This document shows positions 15,351 through 25,309 of a stretch of 43,259 bases of DNA, in pieces. The notes below the pieces were generated by a model. It was not told the DNA's origin. It worked only from the letters and a program-made list of their open reading frames with translations, and ran no database searches. Each line of letters opens with the position of its first letter. The first letter of the stretch is position 1. This DNA comes from a virus (Duplodnaviria; Caudoviricetes). The stretch spans positions 1 through 43,259 of IMG/VR virus record IMGVR_UViG_3300049070_000048; one strand, given 5' to 3'. The position numbers and the translations under genes were made by a program.

Positions 15351-15805
15351 TCAACCTCCTTTGGTAACTGAACGTGCGGCAAATCGAAATCTTCCATCTG
15401 GTGAACCCCGTCCCCGTTCCAGTCGCCGCCCCAGGCGAGCCCGCAGGCCTTCGCAAGCGCCCCTAGGGGCCAGTACATTTCTTCTCGCCAGCAGGCCTTA
15501 CCGCCGATGAGAATTGCCATGTCGCAGGCCCGCGAGGGGAAGTAGTTATGCTCTGACTTCTTGGTTACGCCGTCGCATTTGGTTAAGATGGGGCCCGGAT
15601 TCCCAAATCTCCCGGATTTAAAAATTCGCTTCTGCTCTTTGACGGAGCGATAGAAGCAGGTGAAGATGATTTTGCGTCCAGGGAAGTTCCGCTCATAGGC
15701 GGCGACAAGCTCCATAACCCGCTTCACCAATTCCGGATGCCCCGTCCTGGGGTCTCGGGATTCCGCAACTTCCTTCAATGCGTCTAACTGCTCGTCGGCG
15801 TCCAC
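15347..15805 (-). CDS. Endolysin, M15 (L-Ala-D-Glu) peptidase
   Basis: YRSVKEQ, SEHNY...ACD, WGGDW, DLPHVQL. Confidence 0.9.
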   Translation of the reverse strand: MDADEQLDALKEVAESRDPRTGHPELVKRVMELVAAYERNFPGRKIIFTCFYRSVKEQKRIFKSGRFGNPGPILTKCDGVTKKSEHNYFPSRACDMAILIGGKACWREEMYWPLGALAKACGLAWGGDWNGDGVHQMEDFDLPHVQLPKEVE

Positions 15806-15892
15806 GCTAGAACCTCCATGTAAAACCAAAGAGGCGAATCGTCGTACCGCCGTTAGTACGCGGGAAAAGACGGGCCATCAGGCGAAGGACAT

Positions 15893-16096
15893 TCACTGGC
15901 TGGCCGTCAGTTTGATTCCAAGTGCCTTGGCGACGATGATTCCCAAGGCTCCCGCGCCAGCGGCCCAATTCCTGAAACGCTCCAGGTCGCGCAACCGCTT
16001 CCCGTGGTCGTTGAGCCTCCCCGGAACCGTCTTCGCCAGAAGGATGAGTATTTCCCGGTCAGAGAGTCCGTCTAGGTCTATCTGGTCGTCGCTCAT
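15893..16096 (-). CDS. holin-like protein (XhlA-type: coiled coil plus C-terminal TM)
   Basis: RLNDHGKRLRDLE followed by a hydrophobic helix; upstream of endolysin. Confidence 0.55.
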   Translation of the reverse strand: MSDDQIDLDGLSDREILILLAKTVPGRLNDHGKRLRDLERFRNWAAGAGALGIIVAKALGIKLTASQ

Positions 16097-16125
16097 ATCC
16101 CCTCGTCGCGTAGTCGTCGGTCATG

Positions 16126-16746
16126 TTATTCCCTCACCGCGAACTCGCAGGCACTATTTCCGGTGCATGTAATAGATGATGTTCCGGCACTCGCCCAAAT
16201 GGTTAAACATGCCGTATATGTTTGCCCCACTGTCAATCCTGTGAAAGTGATTGGGATGTATCGAGTTTGAATGAAGTTCGCGCTATCTACTCGGTCTGTA
16301 GCGCGAGCCCTGCTGCTCGTGTACGGGGTTGTGAATGCTCCGTTGAGCAGGAACCCGACCTTGATGCTCTGGCCCGCTCCAGACTGTGAGAAGTCTCCAA
16401 GAATGTAGGCCGTTGCGGTCGAAAGCGTTGCTGTCCATGTGGCTGACGAATAGCACTTCCCCCCCGAAGTCAGGGCGGAGGAGATGTCTGCGGCTGGGAA
16501 TGAAGAAATGTAAATCCGATTGTCCGTATAACTCGTTGCCGCCGTCGTCTGACAATCCGTCCCCGCAGAGTCGAAGCAAATCCCGTTGATGTATCTCGGC
16601 TGGCCTGGAATAACTGGCTTGCCGTTCTCTAGGGCCTTGACCGCTTTGCCAAGGTTGGAAATCTCCAACTGGTCTTGCAGGGAGATAGACGGCGTTCCCG
16701 TTGACTGCCCCCACGAGAGAGAAGCCAACAGGAGAAGGATTGTCAC
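16126..16746 (-). CDS. Putative tail fibre/receptor-binding protein with signal peptide
   Basis: MTILLLLASLSWG|Q; Ser/Thr-rich beta protein with 6 Cys; last structural gene. Confidence 0.55.
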   Translation of the reverse strand: MTILLLLASLSWGQSTGTPSISLQDQLEISNLGKAVKALENGKPVIPGQPRYINGICFDSAGTDCQTTAATSYTDNRIYISSFPAADISSALTSGGKCYSSATWTATLSTATAYILGDFSQSGAGQSIKVGFLLNGAFTTPYTSSRARATDRVDSANFIQTRYIPITFTGLTVGQTYTACLTIWASAGTSSITCTGNSACEFAVRE

Positions 16747-18299
16747 TGAGCGGGCCTCTGACGGATGTAGGCTTCTGCCAGCGGTGTAAGACCGGGGCCA
16801 TAGACTCCGGCTGGGATAACGGGATTTGCGGCAGAGCGGTTAAGCGTTTCACCGAAGCGCACCATTCCCCTAGCAGCCGGGCCAGATAGAGCCCCGCCAG
16901 CCGTCAAGGTCTTTAGCATCGTGCTGGAAGGCGCACCAATAGCACCCTTGGTGAAAGCATCCGCCGCGATAGAGTCGAAAATTTGACGAGCCTGCGCCTC
17001 ACCCCCAGGAAGCCCAGCACCAAGCACCTTTACGATGTTGTCCACTTCGCCGGGGTTTTTAAGCATGATTCCGCGCAACGACTGAACCGCCCTCTGCTCA
17101 ACATTGGACAGGGCGCGAGTCCCGGTGAACTCGGCAAGTTTTTCCTGTGCGTCTGCGATAGCCCCAAAATCGTCCCAGAGCTTTCCAACCTCCGGGCCCA
17201 TGTCAGCACGGACAGATTCACGGATTTGATGGTTGACCCGCTTTAGAAGCTGCTCCGTTGGAGTTGAAAGCTCTTTCTCCGCGAATTCAAGGTTCTCATC
17301 AATGAGACGCTTTGCATTTAGTGCCTGGCGGAGCGTCAGTTTCTCGGTCTGCGTCTTGGTCGTAATACCTAGACCAGTGGGGTCTGGAATCTGTACCTCA
17401 TCGGGGGTCAGGACTTCTTTTAGGCGCTGGAGTAGCCCGGCTTCCCTGCTCCTGGCAAGTCCCGCCGTCTTGGGGTCGGTAATTCCACGGGCATAGAGAG
17501 CGTCGTCTAGCCCTTCTCGGATATGTCTGAGCGCGGGAGCCTTGTCTCCTATCTTGCTTAAAACCGCTTCCTCTGCCTGCCCGATTTGAGAGCCAATGGC
17601 AGAACGCCTAGCCGCCAAATCAGTAGTTGCTTGTCCGACATTGGCAAGAGCCGCCCCCTCGTCCAGATTCGCGGGCATAAATACAGCATCCGCCCCGCGC
17701 TTCTGGGTATATTGAGTGATAGGCTCAGGCGTCCCCACGAATTGCTTTAACATCGAAGGGAGGCGGTTGCCGTAATATTTGGCGAGAAGGCCAGTCCCCA
17801 GATTCATCACCTGCCCCGGAATCTGTAGGGCGGACTGGACCCCGACATCTCGAACAACAGCATCGGGGCGCTGGACCCGCCCCCTTCCGGTGAATGCGGA
17901 ATAAGTCTGCGCCACCGCCTGACGGGCGGCTTCTCCCGCCCCTCCGCCAAGAGCGGCACCCCCGGCAGAAGTAGCAAGGGCTCCAATGGTAAGAGGGGCC
18001 CCGGCCACAAGCCCGGTTGCGCCGCCAATCGTGCCGCCGATAGCGGCAGGTGTGCCGCGCAAAACGCCCTCCCCGAATGACTGGACGGGCTCGTTTGTGA
18101 GAAGGGCCCTTTCTCCAGCCGTGATATTCTCAGGTAGCCGGATAACAGCATCTAGAGCAGGTGACGCCTCACGCGCCGCAGAGAATATCCTCTGTCCGAT
18201 GCCGGGTTGAGTGGGAGCGTCGGCGGCGGCGTCTGCTGGCGCATCTAGGAATGCATCAAAGTCGTCCGCATCTAGAAAGGCGTCAAGTTCATCTGCCAC
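16743..18299 (-). CDS. Internal virion/ejection protein
   Basis: Ala/Gly-rich hydrophobic segments, helical, podovirus gene position. Confidence 0.6.
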   Translation of the reverse strand: MADELDAFLDADDFDAFLDAPADAAADAPTQPGIGQRIFSAAREASPALDAVIRLPENITAGERALLTNEPVQSFGEGVLRGTPAAIGGTIGGATGLVAGAPLTIGALATSAGGAALGGGAGEAARQAVAQTYSAFTGRGRVQRPDAVVRDVGVQSALQIPGQVMNLGTGLLAKYYGNRLPSMLKQFVGTPEPITQYTQKRGADAVFMPANLDEGAALANVGQATTDLAARRSAIGSQIGQAEEAVLSKIGDKAPALRHIREGLDDALYARGITDPKTAGLARSREAGLLQRLKEVLTPDEVQIPDPTGLGITTKTQTEKLTLRQALNAKRLIDENLEFAEKELSTPTEQLLKRVNHQIRESVRADMGPEVGKLWDDFGAIADAQEKLAEFTGTRALSNVEQRAVQSLRGIMLKNPGEVDNIVKVLGAGLPGGEAQARQIFDSIAADAFTKGAIGAPSSTMLKTLTAGGALSGPAARGMVRFGETLNRSAANPVIPAGVYGPGLTPLAEAYIRQRPAQ

Positions 18300-19305
18300 C
18301 GATACCCCCCAAGGCCGCAATCTGCGCCTTTGCCTGCTCGCGGGTTATGCGCCCCGCCTTGAATGCGGCGCGGATGGATTCGGGCGTATTTCCCGCCTGA
18401 TTTCCACCATCGCCAGAGATACGGAGCTTCGCCTTAACGATATTGTCAATGTTCTTAATCTTCTGCTCCCGCGCCTCTGGGCGGTCTTTTCTCGTCGGAA
18501 CCATATCGAGCAATAGCTGTTGGTCCCTATCTGTAAAAACCCCTTCCCCGGAAACGCGGAACAATTGCTTAAGGACCGGGGCCATTGCGGCGACTCCACC
18601 CTCTGCAACCTGCTGCTCAGTGGTAAAAGCGGGGACTCTCCCAACGATTGGACCCGTCTCAGAACCGCTCAGCCCAGAGATAAGACCATCCCTAGCGGTT
18701 TCATAGAGGTTGAACGCCGCCAACTGGTCATCATTTTTGAGTATTCCCTTTCCACTTGGAGCCCTGGGAATCAGCTTCGCGCCTGCCGGGGCCTGAACTG
18801 TCTGTCCCGTATCGGGATTGACAAAAACCTGCCCCCGGCTTAGGGCTTCGGCCCGCTCCTGCTTAAATGCAATATCGGCTTCTGCCTCTCTCGTCTTAAG
18901 CCCCTGCGCCGCCAAGGTCTGTGGGTCCCTCCCTCCGAGCCTGGCAAGACCCTCCCGGAGGCGGTTGAAGGATGCGACCTTTTCGGGAGACAGCATCCCC
19001 GGCGCTTCCATCCCGGCCCCCGCCTGGGTAATCTGCTGGGGAGAGAAAGAGGCAAGCGGGGACCCGAACTGCGCCGTTTCGCGCACGTCGGCCATCTGGG
19101 ACTCGCGGCCCTGGTTTGCAAGCTGACCTTGTAGGACCTGTGTCTGTAGTCCGGATAGTTTCGCGGCGCGGTCATCCTGCCGGGACCGCATGTAGGCGTC
19201 AAAGACGGAATCCAGGGTAGGACCGATGTCCTGAAACTGGAAGTTAGGATTGGGGAGGTTCTGCGGGAACTGCGGGTTAGACTGCGCCCTGGTGAAAATG
19301 GCCAT
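18289..19305 (-). CDS. Internal virion/ejection protein (P22 gp20/gp16-like position)
   Basis: Gln/Ala-rich helical protein; GVFTDRDQQLL motif. Confidence 0.6.
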   Translation of the reverse strand: MAIFTRAQSNPQFPQNLPNPNFQFQDIGPTLDSVFDAYMRSRQDDRAAKLSGLQTQVLQGQLANQGRESQMADVRETAQFGSPLASFSPQQITQAGAGMEAPGMLSPEKVASFNRLREGLARLGGRDPQTLAAQGLKTREAEADIAFKQERAEALSRGQVFVNPDTGQTVQAPAGAKLIPRAPSGKGILKNDDQLAAFNLYETARDGLISGLSGSETGPIVGRVPAFTTEQQVAEGGVAAMAPVLKQLFRVSGEGVFTDRDQQLLLDMVPTRKDRPEAREQKIKNIDNIVKAKLRISGDGGNQAGNTPESIRAAFKAGRITREQAKAQIAALGGIGGR

Positions 19306-19970
19306 CAGAACAATCCTCCCGCGTTGCCGCCAAAGCTAGACCCGGCGCGTGAACCAAGATAAGCCCCGGGGCCTCCACCGAAATACCCTCCGATAGCAGC
19401 CCCTCCAATTGCCCCGAGAGTAGACCCTAATGCTCCTGACCGCTGGGCCCGCGCCTGACGGGCCGTGTACTGGTCATACATCTCCTTCATGTAGTTACGG
19501 TCCTGTAATTGGTATTCCCTCTCTCGCGCCTCATCCCGGAGGCCATAACCCCGCTCCAAGGCTCCCTGACCCTGGGACTGACCCAGAGAGCGCTTCACGT
19601 TCAGCCCCTGACCATAGAACGCGGCTAGAGCAGATTGACGCTGCTGGGCCAGGTTCTGCCCCGCCTGGGCCAAAGCCCCCGCCTGAGCAGAAGTAACCGG
19701 ACGGCCCAACTGAGCAAACCTAGACTGTCCGATGGCCGCAGCTTGGTTTAGAATCCCCTCATCGCTCTTAGCCAGTTCTGCTCCGTAGGAGGCCATGTCC
19801 CGGTTTAGGGCGCGGGATTGGTATTCCGGCATTGACTGGATGGCTTGCCCTATCTCGTAGGGAGTCAAACCCTCCTGCTGGATAAATTTGTCGAAAAAAG
19901 AGATTTCATCAGCCGTCGCGTCCCGTCCAAGGAGCAATTGAAGTTGTCGGTTCACATCGTTGTAAGCCAT
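19305..19970 (-). CDS. Internal virion/ejection protein (gp7-like)
   Basis: Gln/Ala-rich with Gly-rich C-terminal hydrophobic segment. Confidence 0.6.
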   Translation of the reverse strand: MAYNDVNRQLQLLLGRDATADEISFFDKFIQQEGLTPYEIGQAIQSMPEYQSRALNRDMASYGAELAKSDEGILNQAAAIGQSRFAQLGRPVTSAQAGALAQAGQNLAQQRQSALAAFYGQGLNVKRSLGQSQGQGALERGYGLRDEAREREYQLQDRNYMKEMYDQYTARQARAQRSGALGSTLGAIGGAAIGGYFGGGPGAYLGSRAGSSFGGNAGGLF

Positions 19971-19978
19971 TGTTCCTC

Positions 19979-22795
19979 CTACGGCCCGCCGACTTTCCAG
20001 GGGTCAACAGTCCAACCGATTCCAAGCCCCAGAAGTTCGAACGGAGTAGAACTTTCATTGCCAACACGGACCTTCATGAAGTTGTGGAAGGTGCCGGAAG
20101 GCAAGTTGTCGTTGAAGCGCGCGTAAGAAATCCCGCTACCCGTCGAAAGAGACACGGAGTAGGACTGAGTTTGCGCGTTGGAGAACGTGGCAAGCGCAGT
20201 CACGCTCCCGGAACTGTTGTTGCGGAACAAGAGCGAGAGTTTCCCGAATCGCTTCTGCTGGAAGGGCCTGTCTGAGCCAACGTCCTTGGAAGTCCAATGC
20301 GCCGGGATGGAGGCTCCGTCGTCAGAGTCAACAAGCCCGTATTGCGCCCACGTTCCAGAGGATGAGCCTCCGAAGTAGAGACTGTTGTTGATGATGCGCG
20401 GGGCAGCAGCCGCGATTGAGAACGGAAACCAGGCTTCTAGGTTCCTGTCATACTTCAACAGCCTATTGGCATAAGCTGCATTGTTTATCGTGGTAGTCCA
20501 GTAGACCGCGTTCTTAACCGAGTCGTAGACGGCCCAGGAGGGCTGAGAGGGGGTCCCCTCATTCCATGAAAGAGTACAGGCATCAACCTGGGCTTGGTCG
20601 GTGGCAGAACCCAAGAGGGACCGCCATCCGATGTAAACCGCCGTATTGGTGGCGATAGAGACAGTGGCGTTGTTCGTGACCGAAGTCTGCCAGGAAGTGA
20701 CATCACCCGCTGGAAGGGTCGCGCAAGACGCGGCAGAGGTTGCGTAATAGACTAGGGAGCCATTTCCAACCAACGACTCAGCGCAATTGAGCGTTCCCCA
20801 TGCGTTGATGGCTGAGTTGGGCTGGATGCATTGGGTGGTGAAGGTTCCAGTAGAAGAATATTGGGTTGTAAATCCACGGAAGCTCGGAGCTGATATTAGA
20901 TTTGTGTGGGTAAATGTTCCGCGATACTGGACATATCTGTTAAGGTAAGACTCTGGGCGGTTCCCATTCCCGACGCTAAAAAAAGAAGTCCACATATCGT
21001 CATTCGGTGATGTGGAGGAACGCATTGAGAAGGCGAGATTCGCGTCAGAAATAGAAGCCGATGAAAATGAAATTGCAGACAGAATTGGGGTTGAGAAGGC
21101 GGTATCAAATGCCCTCGAAGTGAATGTTGCCCCTGAAACGATGCTCGCAGTACCCGGAGAGGCGATTGCGGTTGAGGCATGAATGAAGTCAACAAACAGA
21201 TGGCCAGTCCCAGAAAGAATTGTTGATGCAATGCTCGCTTTTACGATGTTGGCGCAGACAATAGTATGAGATGCCTTGAATACGCCATTTCTCCAATACT
21301 CCGTATAGGCATTGTCAGATGAAACTATGACTGTGAAAGTCGAATATTGATTTGTGGCCAGAGACTCGCTAAACGATGTTCTTCCATACTCCACGGTCCC
21401 ATTTGTAAAACGAACGCCATCGCAAGGCCCACCACTGGCAGGAGATGGGCCGACATCGAATAACACATCGGTTGAATTCGTATTTGCAGCGGCCCTAAAC
21501 ACAAAGAACTTTGTAATCCCAGCAGCGTCATTCATCGTCTTGCTGGCGAGATAGCCATTCCCGGTTACGGTTAAGCTCCCGCCCGAAACAGACTGCGAAC
21601 CTGACCCGTTCCATGTCCATCCATCGGAGTTAGGAACAGAATCGGCCTCATATCTCAATGTGTATGTGCTTGTAACCCCGGCATACCCAACATGGCCAAA
21701 ACTAGTTAGACCGGAGCCCGCAAATGTTCCCAGCGCAAGCTGATTCGTTGTGCTGTCTAGAAGCGTTGAACTGGAAGTGAAAATAGAGCCCGGCAGGGTC
21801 ACCGTATCCCAAGACCCCGTGGGCCGTTGAGTCCCGGCCTGCCAATCGGCCTGAGTCGTTTGGAGGTTGGAGTTTTCACCCCCACCAAGACCACCGGATT
21901 GGCTCTTGACGAGGTTGGGAATCTTTGCCGATATCTGCCTGAATCCATCTCGGTTAAACTCCCAATAGTTCTTATCCTGGGCCCGGAAGTAGAGGGATGA
22001 GCCAGCGGTTACGATGGAGGCGGGGTCAGTCGTTCCCAGGTTAGGGGAGATGACAGAGCAGCGAGTCGAATATTGGTCCGACTCATCGCAAGCGGTGATA
22101 GAGGCGGTCTTGAAGTAGTAGCAGGAGCCGTTGAAGCACTTGATTCCCCGGATTTTGTCACCGGGAGCGCCGATGTCATCGAAGAAAGAATCCTCCGGGT
22201 TGGCTCCGGTGGTGAATTGCTCGTAGGCCCCCGCAGAAGAACGATGTACCCTGTTCGGGTTGTCCTCGATGTCACCAACTACTAGACGGTCTTGGTTCAG
22301 TTCAAGGATGGTCCCCTTCGGCATCCCAGAAGGTCTAGAAACGGTGGTCCCGTCGTATTTGATGATAGGGTCATAGGCGTTGTTGGCACCGTAGGCGATT
22401 CCGCCCTGGTCAACCCAAGACCAACGGGTCGCAGAAGAAGCCGCCACCGTGAGGAAATCCGCAAAGGCGTTTCCATTCGTGGATTTCGCGCAATACCTGT
22501 TGTAACAGACGATATCCAGCTTGTTTCCGGACGAGTCGATGAACGAATGTGACCCAGTGACGGGGCAAGTAGAGCAGGAGAGATTCCCCGTAACCGTGAA
22601 GCCCTTGCGCTTTAGGATTGCCGTCCCGCCCAGATTTGCTTCCACGTTCAAAAGGTCTGGGCTCTCGCACGGGGAGAGGGTCGCGGGGCTGTCCGCATCG
22701 TTTAAACCAGAGAAACAACCAATATTTGCCTGCCCCACTTCCTGAGCGGAAGCCGGGAGGGAGAGAAGGGCGGCGAGTATGAGCCCTATCGCCAA
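19979..22795 (-). CDS. Tail nozzle/DNA-stabilisation protein (P22 gp10/T7 gp12-like) with signal peptide and large insertion
   Basis: FSGLN..SP..L..E...LNV start, beta-propeller-like repeats, WTSKD...KRF C-terminus; follows adaptor gene. Confidence 0.7.
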   Translation of the reverse strand: MAIGLILAALLSLPASAQEVGQANIGCFSGLNDADSPATLSPCESPDLLNVEANLGGTAILKRKGFTVTGNLSCSTCPVTGSHSFIDSSGNKLDIVCYNRYCAKSTNGNAFADFLTVAASSATRWSWVDQGGIAYGANNAYDPIIKYDGTTVSRPSGMPKGTILELNQDRLVVGDIEDNPNRVHRSSAGAYEQFTTGANPEDSFFDDIGAPGDKIRGIKCFNGSCYYFKTASITACDESDQYSTRCSVISPNLGTTDPASIVTAGSSLYFRAQDKNYWEFNRDGFRQISAKIPNLVKSQSGGLGGGENSNLQTTQADWQAGTQRPTGSWDTVTLPGSIFTSSSTLLDSTTNQLALGTFAGSGLTSFGHVGYAGVTSTYTLRYEADSVPNSDGWTWNGSGSQSVSGGSLTVTGNGYLASKTMNDAAGITKFFVFRAAANTNSTDVLFDVGPSPASGGPCDGVRFTNGTVEYGRTSFSESLATNQYSTFTVIVSSDNAYTEYWRNGVFKASHTIVCANIVKASIASTILSGTGHLFVDFIHASTAIASPGTASIVSGATFTSRAFDTAFSTPILSAISFSSASISDANLAFSMRSSTSPNDDMWTSFFSVGNGNRPESYLNRYVQYRGTFTHTNLISAPSFRGFTTQYSSTGTFTTQCIQPNSAINAWGTLNCAESLVGNGSLVYYATSAASCATLPAGDVTSWQTSVTNNATVSIATNTAVYIGWRSLLGSATDQAQVDACTLSWNEGTPSQPSWAVYDSVKNAVYWTTTINNAAYANRLLKYDRNLEAWFPFSIAAAAPRIINNSLYFGGSSSGTWAQYGLVDSDDGASIPAHWTSKDVGSDRPFQQKRFGKLSLLFRNNSSGSVTALATFSNAQTQSYSVSLSTGSGISYARFNDNLPSGTFHNFMKVRVGNESSTPFELLGLGIGWTVDPWKVGGP

Positions 22796-23442
22796 ACGCG
22801 GCCCCCCTTGAACTGGATGGGAGCCGAAGCCGTGTTCTTGAAGGTCTCAATCGCCTTGTTCACGGCATCGTTATAGATGCGGAGCAGCTCGCGCCGCTTT
22901 TCGATGATTGCGGGCGTGGGCTCCTCGTTGGTCATGAGAAGCCAAGCCATGAAAGCGGCCAGTCCAAGATGGAACTGCACCATGAGCGTGGAACCATTGA
23001 GCGGGGTATCCGCGTCATCATCCATCGCGGCGGGAAAACAGAAGTACCGCATCGCCAGGGTCTTGGCTTCCTGCGGAATCGGGACCAGGAGGATTGATTT
23101 CTGGGCTTCCTCCGGGTTGATGAGGACATGGGTCGGAGTCCCTTCCAAGGAATCCCAGCCGCTTCCGTAAGCCTTCTGAATGTCGTGCTGAGAAGCGGGA
23201 ATCAACTCGTCGCCGTCGTAAGTGACCCAATCCTCTACGATGAAATCAGAAGGAAGGTCATACTCCGCATCGTCAGCGGTGGTCGTGACCGGGGTCATGT
23301 CCTTGAAAAGAGCCCGGGTGTCAGTCGCAAACTGCTCCTGGGCTCTATTTGCGGCGTCGTTGTACTTGGTCTCGGTATAACGGGTGTAGTTCGGGTCCCC
23401 GGCGAAATCTGCGGCCTGGGCCTTTAGCGTTGCGCGGTTCAT
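22786..23442 (-). CDS. Head-tail adaptor (tail tubular A-like)
   Basis: NDAANRAQ, EYDLPSDF, GTP, LVPIP, FHLGL pattern. Confidence 0.7.
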   Translation of the reverse strand: MNRATLKAQAADFAGDPNYTRYTETKYNDAANRAQEQFATDTRALFKDMTPVTTTADDAEYDLPSDFIVEDWVTYDGDELIPASQHDIQKAYGSGWDSLEGTPTHVLINPEEAQKSILLVPIPQEAKTLAMRYFCFPAAMDDDADTPLNGSTLMVQFHLGLAAFMAWLLMTNEEPTPAIIEKRRELLRIYNDAVNKAIETFKNTASAPIQFKGGRVWR

Positions 23443-24614
23443 TGCAAAACTCCCGGCGCAGAAATCGCGCTCTCGGCAATAGGCTGGACATACTCAGGGG
23501 TCACAATCGGCTTGATTTGCCCCTTTTCTACGATGGCATGAAGAATCTTCTCGTATCGCTCGACGTTCCTATCAATGTTGAAATCGGTCTTTATCCGTTG
23601 ATAGGCGGCGTTCCCCATCTTCCTGCGAGCTTCCTTGTCCTCGATGAGGGCCGAGAGGCTTCTAACCCAGTCGGCCTCATCGTCGCAGAGCATCCCGTCC
23701 ACGCCGTCCTCGATGGTCTGCGCGAAATGCCCCACATTGGAGGCAACGCACGGCACCCGCATGGCCCCATATTCCAACCATCTGAGGTTGGATTTCCCGC
23801 GATTGAAGGCATTATCAACGAGAGGGGCCATGCCTATATCGAAGCCCCGGGAGGCGAGGAAGCGCGGATATTTGTCGATTCGCGTCCACTTCTCCACGGC
23901 TTCAATACCCTTGACCCCCTTTAGGAAGTCGGGAATGCCGTGAACGAAGGTGAACCGGACATCCCGGTATTTCTCCAGAATCTTCTTAATGACTGGTTCA
24001 ACTGTCCGGATGTCGTCTGAGTGGGAGGCTCCACCCGCCCACCCGATGCGGATTAGGCCCTTGTTCCTCTTGCGCTCGACGCTTTTCCACGACTCAAAAT
24101 CAATGGAGTTCTCAACGACATGGATGTTTTGGCAATGGTCGCCGTAAACCTCTCGCAGATAGGGCGTGGATACAATCATCGCGTCGGCGGCCTCAAACTG
24201 CTGGACCGCGAGATGGCGGAAATCAGAGCCCGGGGCATAGAACGGGGCGGCAGGGTTGTAATCGGCGGTGCTGAGAATGTTGTCGTCGATTTCAGCGACG
24301 ACAGGGATATGTGGATAGGCTTCCTTGACCGTGAGGAACAGATTCAAAGCCGCCGGGGTGTGAACCATCTGGAACACCACGACATCCACCATCCGAACCT
24401 TCGCATCCAGTTCGTTCATGATGCGGGCATAATGCTGAGGGTCGGTCAGGTCCACTTCCCAAGGATGGGTCTCGTTCTGGCCGTAGTTGAACCACAGGCA
24501 CTCGCAGAGGAAGGAGCGGTTGCGGAATGCGGCCAGCGCCCAAGAAAACATCCTGTACCAAGAGACCCCAGCATTGGTCGTTGGCACCATTAAGACGCGG
24601 ATGTCTCGCTTCAA
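23439..24614 (-). CDS. GT-B (GT4-like) glycosyltransferase
   Basis: EIDDN, IGWAGGASHSDD, DIGMAPLVDNAFNRGKSNLRWLEYG, VASNV. Confidence 0.9.
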   Translation of the reverse strand: MKRDIRVLMVPTTNAGVSWYRMFSWALAAFRNRSFLCECLWFNYGQNETHPWEVDLTDPQHYARIMNELDAKVRMVDVVVFQMVHTPAALNLFLTVKEAYPHIPVVAEIDDNILSTADYNPAAPFYAPGSDFRHLAVQQFEAADAMIVSTPYLREVYGDHCQNIHVVENSIDFESWKSVERKRNKGLIRIGWAGGASHSDDIRTVEPVIKKILEKYRDVRFTFVHGIPDFLKGVKGIEAVEKWTRIDKYPRFLASRGFDIGMAPLVDNAFNRGKSNLRWLEYGAMRVPCVASNVGHFAQTIEDGVDGMLCDDEADWVRSLSALIEDKEARRKMGNAAYQRIKTDFNIDRNVERYEKILHAIVEKGQIKPIVTPEYVQPIAESAISAPGVLQ

Positions 24615-25309
24615 GCATTCACCTTCAACGAATCGAGGTACTTGGCCTTGAAAATCCGGACTTCCGACTCATTACGAGTGCGAGAGACACCGGATTCCAG
24701 AACGCGGTAGGCGCACAAGACATTGGGGACGAAATCCAGCCGGACCCCGGAGACTGCGGCGGTGATTTGCTGCTGCCAGTCGTCGCAGCCCAGCCTAGAA
24801 GCTTCCCCCTCCTGGTACGGAAACCGCTTGGCAAAATCAGGGGTGTAGGCAACGCTGGAATGGACGATTCTGTTGACCATCGATTCCAGGGCCTTCTTTT
24901 TGTCGAACACATCGGCCCGGATTTCACCCAGGGAGCGCCCGCAAGCATCCATCTGGACGGCGGAGCCGTAGACGAATTCAGCGCCCTTGGAGAATTTCTC
25001 CACCATGGTCTTAGCGCGGGAAGGAATCGCCAGGTCGTCGGCATCGAGGACGCACAAAACGTCGCCCGTAGCGATGGCGTTGCCGATATTTCGGGAGGCA
25101 GAGCGGCCCTTGTTGACCTCGTTCCTGACAGCTTTAACCCGGGTGTCCTGCCTCACTTGCCAATCCAGGTAGTCCTTTGTGGAATCGGTGGACGCATCGT
25201 CAACGACGACGCACTCAACATCCTTATGCGTCTGTTCAAGGACGGATTGGACGGCCTGAGACAGCCAAGCGGCGGAGTTATGCGCGGGCACGACAAACGA
25301 AATCTTCAA
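24611..25309 (-). CDS. GT2 glycosyltransferase
   Basis: ISFVVPAHN, VVDDASTD, SRNIG, LDADD. Confidence 0.93.
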   Translation of the reverse strand: MKISFVVPAHNSAAWLSQAVQSVLEQTHKDVECVVVDDASTDSTKDYLDWQVRQDTRVKAVRNEVNKGRSASRNIGNAIATGDVLCVLDADDLAIPSRAKTMVEKFSKGAEFVYGSAVQMDACGRSLGEIRADVFDKKKALESMVNRIVHSSVAYTPDFAKRFPYQEGEASRLGCDDWQQQITAAVSGVRLDFVPNVLCAYRVLESGVSRTRNESEVRIFKAKYLDSLKVNA

